Part shown: piece after piece, positions 56,947-64,000 of the stretch | Layout: each line of letters starts with the position of its first letter | How positions within the stretch are numbered: position 1 is the first letter of the stretch | Position numbers and translations under genes: made by a program | Notes under the pieces: model-generated | What the model was told of the DNA's origin: nothing | Database searches by the model: none | Seen by the model: only the letters and a program-made list of their open reading frames with translations | From: an uncultured delta proteobacterium | GTDB lineage: Bacteria > Myxococcota_A > Polyangia > Polyangiales > Polyangiaceae | Direction of reading: 5' to 3' | Length of the DNA: 64,000 nucleotides | Assembly (NCBI GenBank): GCA_963841435.1 | Contig: CAWJCS010000003.1 | Location: 1,152,001 to 1,216,000 of the forward strand

Positions 56947-57985
56947 GTGGCCGAGCTCGGCGAGCTCGGAAGCACCGACGCACAGCGCGGCGCGTCGGCG
57001 ACACCGACGGTTCGCCTGGCCGCACCAAACCGCAATTTCGGGCTCGAGCAGGGCCTCGACGTGAACCGCCTGCTCGTCCGCTTCGACCAGGGGGCGTGGC
57101 CAACGACTGCGTCGGCGCCCCGCCGCCGCTCACGCCCTGGCCCGGTTCGAACGCGGTCATCACCGTGGACGGCGTGGCGACCTTCGGCGGCAACCTGAGC
57201 GACCTCTACTACGAGACCGGGACGCCCGACGCCCTCCCCGACAGCACGCTCCGTCCCCGAGCTCGTTCTTCGACGAGGCAACGGGCCTGCCCTACGACCC
57301 GACCGTCCACCCGAACCACGGCACGGGCGTCTTCTTCGTGGGCGTCGAGGCAAACGGCATGATCTACGCCTACGCGCTCGATCCGGGGACCGTGGACTTC
57401 GGCGCGCGCTTCCGGAACTCCGTCGCCTGGGACGAAAAGGCCCTGCGCGACGAGCCCTCAACCTACCTCGCGGGCTACCGCTGGTTTCCCTACGAATGGG
57501 GCGCGCGCTACCTGTGGTTCTCCTTTCAAGCCGATGGGCTCGACGGCGTGCTCGCCCGCTACGCCTCGCCGCCCCTCACGACGCGCACGCTCATGGCGAG
57601 CGTCGACGCCGCGCTCGACGACCTCGGGCCTCCCGCCGAGCTGCCTTCTCCCGTCCCGCCGTCCGAGTGGGCACCGTTCACCGACACGACGCTCGGGGCC
57701 TTCGGCGTCTTTCTGGTGCTGCTCCACGCGACCCAAGCGGTCGAGGAGGCCCGCACGCTCGCGCTCGGCTGGCGAGGCGATCGACTCTCCGTGCTCGCGG
57801 GCACGACCGACGACGCGCCCACGGCGGCGGTGCTCGCCATCGAGTTCTCTGATGCTGCGACCGCCGCGACGGTCACCTTGCGGTTCGCTGCGTTCCGGTC
57901 AGCCCGCGTGCAACGCACCGACGCGCGCGTCGTGATGGCGGTCGCGACCACCTCGACGCCTCTCGACTGGGCGTTCTCGCCCTGA
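56947..57985 (+). pseudogene. Mosaic of gene remnants (fragments of secreted proteins in three frames)
   Basis: Short protein-like blocks switch frame near 57095 and 57255. No signal peptide or coherent full-length ORF. Confidence 0.5.
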
Positions 57986-57991
57986 GCGCTC

Positions 57992-59017
57992 TCAGCCGTT
58001 CCTGCTGCGCGCGATGAGCGCCTTGGCTTCCGCGGGGTGTTGCTGGCACTCGAGCAGCGCCGTCAGGACGAGCGGCGCGACGATCGTCGCGTCCGACTCG
58101 ATGACGAACATCGGCGTCGATTCCGTGAGCTTGTCCCAGGTGATCTTCTCGTTGGGCGTCGCACCCGAGTACGAGCCGTACGACGTCGTCGAATCGGAGA
58201 TCTGGCAGAAATAGGCCCAAGGCTTGGCCGGCTGCTCGAGGTCGTACTTAATCGACGGCACGACGCAGATCGGGAAGTCACCCGCAATGCCCCCGCCGAT
58301 CTGGAAAAATCCGCATCCCGTGCCCGTCGAGAGCTCGCGATACTGGTCGTAGAAGGCGGCCATGTATTCGATGCCGGACTTCACGATGCTTGCACCGGCG
58401 TGGCCGAGCTTGACGTGTGACGCGAAGATGTTGCCGAAGGTCGAGTCTTCGTGGCCGGGAACCACGAGTGGCAGGTGCGCCTTCGCGGCGGCGAGCAACC
58501 AGCATTCGTCGGGATCGCCCTGGTACAGGCTCGCCGGGATCGTCTGAATGAGCTCGTAGAAGTACTCGTGCCAGAAGCGGCGCTCGCCTCTCTCGGTGGC
58601 GTTCTTCCACATTGGCACGATGAATTTCTCGACGGCGCGAAATGCCTCATCCTCCGGAATGCTGGTGTCCGTCACGCGCCGCATTCGATCGTTCAAGATG
58701 CGCGTGTCATCGGACTTGGTGAGGTAGCGGTAGTCGGGAAAGTCCTGGTAGTGGCGGTGCGCCACGAGGCGAAACAGCGATTCCTCGAGATTCGCTCCTG
58801 TCACCGACAGGCCGTGCACGAGGCCGGCCCGAATCGCGGGCGCGAGCGTGATGCCGAGCTGGGCCGAGGACATGGCGCCGGCGATCGCCCAGAACATCTT
58901 GCCGCCGGACTCGATGTGAGCCTGGTAGGCGAGCAGCGCGTCGCGCGTCGCGCGGGCGTTGAAGTTCGTGTAGTTCTTGAGGACGAATCCGAGAGTCGGC
59001 AGCGAGGCCATCGGCAT
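57992..59017 (-). CDS. Deoxyhypusine synthase-like protein
   Basis: AGAMSSA, TGANLEE, EDST.GN, QIGGGIAGDFPIC, YGSYSGA.PNEKITW.K, ESDATIV.PL. Confidence 0.9.
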   Translation of the reverse strand: MPMASLPTLGFVLKNYTNFNARATRDALLAYQAHIESGGKMFWAIAGAMSSAQLGITLAPAIRAGLVHGLSVTGANLEESLFRLVAHRHYQDFPDYRYLTKSDDTRILNDRMRRVTDTSIPEDEAFRAVEKFIVPMWKNATERGERRFWHEYFYELIQTIPASLYQGDPDECWLLAAAKAHLPLVVPGHEDSTFGNIFASHVKLGHAGASIVKSGIEYMAAFYDQYRELSTGTGCGFFQIGGGIAGDFPICVVPSIKYDLEQPAKPWAYFCQISDSTTSYGSYSGATPNEKITWDKLTESTPMFVIESDATIVAPLVLTALLECQQHPAEAKALIARSRNG

Positions 59018-59165
59018 GCCGGCCCACTTAATCCGGAGTGGCCCGCCGGGCCAGCCCTCACCGCGAGCGGGCGGAAATCCACCCTGCCTGGTTCGTTTTG
59101 GTCCGCGCCTGGCGAAGGATCGGTGACGAACCCCTCGGTTTTCGCCGAGGCGCCGCTCGGTGCTG

Positions 59166-59912
59166 CTACGGCCGGCCGCGCCAGCGCTGACGCTCTTCGT
59201 CGAACAGGCGCGAGAGCCGGCGCTGCTCCTGCATCAGCGCGCCGTACGAGCGGGGCACGCGCGTGTCGCGACGGAAGGCCGCGAAGACGGCGAGCGCCGC
59301 ATCGGCATCGTCCGTAGCACGGTGGGCCTGCTCGAGCTTGATGCCGAGCCGCTCGGCGACCTCAGAAAGCGCGCGACTCTTCTCGGCGCGCTGCAGCTCG
59401 CGGGCCCAGATGAGCGGGTCGATCCATTCGACCGCGCGGCGCGTCGCCGGGACGGTCGCTTGCAGCGAGATCCCGGCGCGCGACAGCTCCGCCGTCAACA
59501 CCTTGCGGTCGTACTCGGCGTTGTAGGCGAGCGGCACCGCGCCCACGAGCGCCTCGAGGACCTCCGCGGCGATGGCGGCGAACGGCGGCGCGTCCTTGAC
59601 CTTCTCGTCGTCGATGCCGGTCACGTCCGACGATGCCTTGGGGATCGGCCGGCCTGGATTCACGAGCCACGAACGCCGCACGGTTTCCGCGCCGGGCACC
59701 ACCCGCACACAGGCGATTTCGACGACGCGGTCAACCTCCGCGTCGAGCCCCGTCGTCTCGGTATCGATGGCCACGACGGTGAGGTCGTCGAGGGCCGTCT
59801 CACTGGCAAATTCCTCGGCAAGACCGGCCGCCACCACGCGCAAGAGGTGCGCGATACCGGGATAGTGCCGGCCGGTCGGGAAGCAGCCGAGGCCTTCGGC
59901 ACCGCCTCTCAT
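59166..59912 (-). CDS. DEDDh 3'-5' exonuclease (DnaQ/PolC-like)
   Basis: IDTETTG, AYNAEYD, HRATDDA. Own ATG at 59912 in an ATGA overlap. Confidence 0.85.
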   Translation of the reverse strand: MRGGAEGLGCFPTGRHYPGIAHLLRVVAAGLAEEFASETALDDLTVVAIDTETTGLDAEVDRVVEIACVRVVPGAETVRRSWLVNPGRPIPKASSDVTGIDDEKVKDAPPFAAIAAEVLEALVGAVPLAYNAEYDRKVLTAELSRAGISLQATVPATRRAVEWIDPLIWARELQRAEKSRALSEVAERLGIKLEQAHRATDDADAALAVFAAFRRDTRVPRSYGALMQEQRRLSRLFDEERQRWRGRP

Positions 59913-60839
59913 GGAGTCGAACGCGGCGGGCGCCGCGGACGGCGCCGAACGAGGAACGAGCGTGAGCTCGAGCGCGATCCAGTCCTCGAGGTCCTGTTTG
60001 AAATCGGGACTACCCGGGAATTTCCGTCCGTTCACGAAGAGGCTCGGCGTGCTGTCGAGCTTGAGCGCTTCACCCTGCTTGCGGTCGCGCGCAACAACGT
60101 CGGCCGTGGCCTCGCTGTCCCGATCCTGCCGGAAGCGTGTGAGATCGAGCCCAGCTTTCTCCGCGAGCTTTTCGACGTTCTCGGGCGTGAGCTGGGTCTG
60201 GTTGTCGAACAGGAGCGCGTGCATTTCCCAGAATTTACCCTGCTTGGCGGCGGCGACCGCCGCGCGCGCTGCTTTTTCGGCGTGCGGGTGCATCGACAGC
60301 GGGAAGTGCTTGAAGACGACCGCGACCTCGTTCGGATGCTTGTCGTACACCTCGTCGATCGCGGGCCGCGCCGCGCCACAGGCCGGGCATTCGAAGTCGG
60401 CAAACTCGACGATCACCACGGGCGCGTCCTTCGGGCCCTTCCTCGGCGAGCCTTCGATCTCGAGCTTCGTCACTTGATCGGCGGCGAAACGTGCGCGGTA
60501 CGCGGCCTCGATCTGCGTGCGGGTGCGCCCACGCTGTACCTGCTCGAGGAGGTAACGCGCCGCTGGCAAGCACGCAGCGCAGGGTCGCGACTCGCGAACG
60601 CACTGGGCGACGCTGACGGGATGCTCGGAGCACGGCCCAAGCAGCTCGGACACGGCGCTCGACCACTCGGAGCGCTCGCGCGCCGTGAGCGAGGACGTAT
60701 CGACGCCTTTGAGCTCCACCGCCTTCTCGGGGTGCGGATTGCTGGCATCGCCGCCGCCCTCGCCCGGCGAGCGGCAAGTCGTGAGCCGGCTCGAGAACAG
60801 GGCGAGCAAGCCGAGCACGGCAACGACTTTCGGGGTCAT
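59909..60839 (-). CDS. DsbA/thioredoxin-fold protein (appears fused to the exonuclease through a probable 1-nt insertion at ~59920)
   Basis: EFADFECPAC, KHFPL..H, GKFWEMH, STPSLFVNG. Removing one base restores ...ASTP-TGA at 59909-59911. Confidence 0.85.
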
Positions 60840-60960
60840 GGCGGAGAGAGCCTACCCCAGGGCGGCGGGCTTGGGGGCCATGGGCCTACCGCGGGCTTGA
60901 GCCGCTATTTTCGGGGGTTTCCGCGCCAGCGCGGCGATCTTTGGTAGATCGGCCCGAGCG

Positions 60961-62538
60961 ATGATTCCGTCCTCGCCCCCACCCCCGCCGCCGTCGTCGC
61001 CACCCGCGAGCGCCCGACACGTGATCGCCATCGGCGGCGGACGCGGCGGCGTGGGAAAAAGCGTGATTGCGCTAAACCTCGCGGTCTACCTCGCCCAGCT
61101 CGGACGCTCGGTCGTGATCGTCGATGCCGACCCGGTGGGCGCGAGCCTCCACACGTTGCTCGGCATCGAGCTCGAGACGTCCACGCAGCACGACGAACCG
61201 GAAGAGGACGACTTCGCGAGGGTGCCGACGGCGGTGCCGGGGCTCGCCCTCGTGCCGCAGACGTATCGCGTCGGCTCGACCGCCCCGACGCGTCCCGGGC
61301 GACGGCCACACATGAGCCAGGAGCTGCGTCGCTTGCCCGTAGACTACGTCGTGCTCGATCTAGGCGCGGGCACGGCGCCAGCGACGCTCGATCTGTTCCT
61401 CGGCGCCGATCTCGGGCTCACGGTGGTGACGCCGGAGCCACCAAGCGTCGAAGCAGTGTATCGCACGCTGCGCGGGTTGTTCCAGCGCCTCGTGCGGCGG
61501 CTCCTGCTCGGTGACCGCTTTCGCATGCGGCTCTTCGAGCGCGCCCAGAGCGAGCTCGGCCCGCTGCCCGCGCCCGCCCTGCTCACCGAGGCACTCACGC
61601 GCTATGACGCAAACCTCGGTCGCCTCGCGGCAACGGAGCTCGCCCGGCTGCGCCCGCGCCTGTTGGTCAACGAGACCCGGCTGCGCAACGACACGGAGCT
61701 CGGAACCACCATGGCGGAGATGTCGAAGCGTCACCTGGGCGTCGAGCTCGACTACGTCGGCCACGTCGAGCACGACGACGCGGCGTGGCTCAGCGTCGTC
61801 CGGCGCCGCCCGCTGCTCATCGACAACCCGACGGCCAAGAGCGCACGCAACCTCGAGCGCATCGCGCGGCGCGTCCTCGCACTTCTGCTGACCCGTGACG
61901 CCGAGCGCACGGCCGAGCCCGCGCCGCCCGTCACTCTGGAACCGAACCTCTACGAAGTGCTCGGACTGCATCGCGGGGCAACGGACGAGGAGCTCCGGCG
62001 CGCCTACAAGCGACAGAAGGAGAACTACCAGCCCGGCAGCCTGCCGCTCACCTCCGTGCTGACAGCGGTGGCCGTGCGGCGCGAGCAAGCGCGCATCGAG
62101 GAGGCGCACGACACACTGCTCGATCCGGTCCGCAAGAAGGCCTACGATGCCTCGACCTTCCCGGACGAGCCGGCGGACTCACCGCGGCGTCCCCGGCCCG
62201 TCGACGGGGCGCTCGAAGCCGAACGCGAGCTCAGCCGGCGCGAGCTCAGCCGGGAAATCAACGCCGAAACGGAGTACACGGGCCGGCTCCTCTGCAAGGT
62301 GCGCGAATCCCGCGGCATCGAGCTCGAGGACATCGCGAAAGCAACCAAAATCTCGATGAGCCACCTGAAAGCCATCGAAGCCGAGGCCTTCGCGGAGCTG
62401 CCCGCTCTCGTCTACACTCGGGGGTTCGTGCAGGAGCTCGCCAAATACCTGAAGCTCGACGCCGCCCAGGTGACGAAGACTTACATCCGCAGGCTGCGTG
62501 ACTTTCGCGCGGCGTCCGAGGGGAAAGCGCCGACGTGA
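60961..62538 (+). CDS. MinD/FlhG-like P-loop ATPase fused to a J-like domain and a C-terminal HTH (RodZ/HTH_25-like)
   Basis: GGGRGGVGKS, VDAD, LDLGAG; NLYEVLG...ELRRAY...EAHDTLLDP..KKAYD; L.KVRESRGI.LEDIA..TKI...L.AIE....LPA.VY.RGF. Confidence 0.85.
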   Translation: MIPSSPPPPPPSSPPASARHVIAIGGGRGGVGKSVIALNLAVYLAQLGRSVVIVDADPVGASLHTLLGIELETSTQHDEPEEDDFARVPTAVPGLALVPQTYRVGSTAPTRPGRRPHMSQELRRLPVDYVVLDLGAGTAPATLDLFLGADLGLTVVTPEPPSVEAVYRTLRGLFQRLVRRLLLGDRFRMRLFERAQSELGPLPAPALLTEALTRYDANLGRLAATELARLRPRLLVNETRLRNDTELGTTMAEMSKRHLGVELDYVGHVEHDDAAWLSVVRRRPLLIDNPTAKSARNLERIARRVLALLLTRDAERTAEPAPPVTLEPNLYEVLGLHRGATDEELRRAYKRQKENYQPGSLPLTSVLTAVAVRREQARIEEAHDTLLDPVRKKAYDASTFPDEPADSPRRPRPVDGALEAERELSRRELSREINAETEYTGRLLCKVRESRGIELEDIAKATKISMSHLKAIEAEAFAELPALVYTRGFVQELAKYLKLDAAQVTKTYIRRLRDFRAASEGKAPT

Positions 62539-63935
62539 GATTGCCGGGCGCGAGCATCCTCGACAATCGCCGGGACTACCTCTACACGGCGGTGGTCGCG
62601 CTCGTGGCGCTGTTGCCACGGCTCTACGTCGCCATCGCGTGGAGCAAGGAACCCGTCTGGGACGGGCACTACTATCATCTCGGCGCCGAGCGGATCGCCG
62701 CCGGCATGGGCTATTCCGAAGACGCGCTCGTCAGCGGACACCTGCTCTGGAAGCCGTGGGTCCACTACCCCGTCGGCTACAGCGCTCTCCTCGCCGCGTT
62801 CTACGTCGTGCTCGGCTCCGGGTTGCTCGTCGCGCCCGTGCTCAACGCGATCTTCGGCGGCGCGCTCGCCGCTGTCTCACACCGCGTGGCCTACTATTTC
62901 ACGACGCCGAGCCGCGCGCGGCTCGCGGCGGCGCTCGTCGCGCTGCACCCCGGGCTCATCGCCTACTCGCCGCTCGTGATGACGGAGGTGCTCTCGGCAC
63001 TACTTTTGCTCGCCGCGGCGCTCGTCGTGCTCGTTCGTCCGACGTCGATGAAGAGCTACCTCGCCGCAGGCCTGATCCTCGGCTTCGCGGGGCTGGTGAG
63101 ACCGGTGTCCCTGCTTGGGCTGCCGCTGCTCGTGCTGATGAGCGGCCCTCATTCCAAAGCCGTGCTCCGCACGCTCGCGGCGACGGGCATGGCGTGCCTC
63201 GTCGTCCTGCCCTGGACGTACAGGAACTGCCGCCGCCTCGACGGCTGCGCGCTCATCTCGACGAACGGCGGCTGGAATCTCGCCATCGGCGCGATCACGC
63301 CGACGGGACGTTTCCATACGCTGCATGCCTCGGACGGCTGCGCCGTCGTCACGGGACAGGTGCAGCAGGACCGCTGCTGGCTCGAGGTCGGCAAGAAGAT
63401 CATCACGAACAATCCCCTGCGCTGGCTCGGCATCGTGCCGAAGAAGCTCGAGCAGACGTACAACCACGAGTCCTTTCAGGTCGAGTACCTGCACGAGGCG
63501 GACCCTCAGACGTGGACCGAGCCACGGCGCATCGCAGGGCGCGACTTTCTGACTTTCTTCCACCGGCTCTTGTTGGTGGCCGCGGCGCTCAGCGCGGTTT
63601 CCGCGCTGCACTGGGTCAAGCCCCCGCCCTGGGACGACGCGGTGCAAATCGGCGTGCTCGTGGCGACGATGATGTTCGCGACCTTCGCTGCGACGCGCGA
63701 CGAACGCCCATTTTACTGGCTGCCGGCTCTCTTACCGCTCGTTGCGATCTTGCCGCTCCCCGGCCGACCGGCGCTCGGGCCCGCGGGTCGCTACCTGATG
63801 GGCACGCTCGCGATGACGACGCTCGTGCATGCCGTGTTTTTCGGTGAGGATCGCTACCACCTCGTGATCACGCCGTTGCTCTGCATTCTCGCGGCGGGAG
63901 CGCTTCGTCCCTCGCGTAGGGCGACGACGGCATAG
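62535..63935 (+). CDS. GT-C (GT39/PMT_2-like) membrane glycosyltransferase
   Basis: WDGHYY, YPVGY, TEVL, GLVRP, PWTYRN, STNGGWNL, EDRYHL; many TMs. GTGA-coupled to the ATPase gene. Confidence 0.78.
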   Translation: MRLPGASILDNRRDYLYTAVVALVALLPRLYVAIAWSKEPVWDGHYYHLGAERIAAGMGYSEDALVSGHLLWKPWVHYPVGYSALLAAFYVVLGSGLLVAPVLNAIFGGALAAVSHRVAYYFTTPSRARLAAALVALHPGLIAYSPLVMTEVLSALLLLAAALVVLVRPTSMKSYLAAGLILGFAGLVRPVSLLGLPLLVLMSGPHSKAVLRTLAATGMACLVVLPWTYRNCRRLDGCALISTNGGWNLAIGAITPTGRFHTLHASDGCAVVTGQVQQDRCWLEVGKKIITNNPLRWLGIVPKKLEQTYNHESFQVEYLHEADPQTWTEPRRIAGRDFLTFFHRLLLVAAALSAVSALHWVKPPPWDDAVQIGVLVATMMFATFAATRDERPFYWLPALLPLVAILPLPGRPALGPAGRYLMGTLAMTTLVHAVFFGEDRYHLVITPLLCILAAGALRPSRRATTA

Positions 63936-64000
63936 GGAAGAGTCGCCTCGAGTCGCCCCTCGGCTCGAGCGCTCCCGTGCTGTCCCAGGGGCGAATCCGG

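Overview
High-GC bacterial DNA. Gene content (Gly/Ser/Thr-linker lipoproteins, Ser/Thr kinases, FHA/PilZ proteins, DUF1592-DUF1552 pair, ECF-FecR triad) suggests Myxococcota, probably Polyangiaceae; this is an inference. From left to right: (1) the 3' end of a probable tyrosine integrase beside tRNA-Leu(TAG); (2) a ~19-kb polysaccharide-utilisation-like locus on the - strand, largely translationally coupled, with a GH5 mannanase, a GH5 endoglucanase, a CE2-like esterase, three CBM11-like lipoproteins, two paralogous uncharacterised outer-membrane barrel-like proteins, a CxxCH DUF1592 protein with its Tat-exported DUF1552 partner, and a nearby ECF sigma/FecR pair, but no SusC/SusD or TonB-dependent receptor; (3) aguB-aguA and a TetR-SDR-GST unit; (4) a dispersed set of polyprenol-phosphate GT2s and multi-TM GT-C-like proteins, including a TMTC-like O-mannosyltransferase; (5) signalling and housekeeping genes (TPR/HEAT protein, tsaD, PilZ, FHA, two atypical kinases, DHS-like, DsbA, DnaQ-like, MinD-J-HTH). 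About ten single-base indels break or fuse genes and look like sequencing errors. The best candidate for an undescribed system is the SusCD-independent 'CBM lipoprotein + twin barrel' glycan-uptake locus; the GT-C/TMTC glycosylation system is second. All family calls come from motif recognition by eye; no database searches were run.
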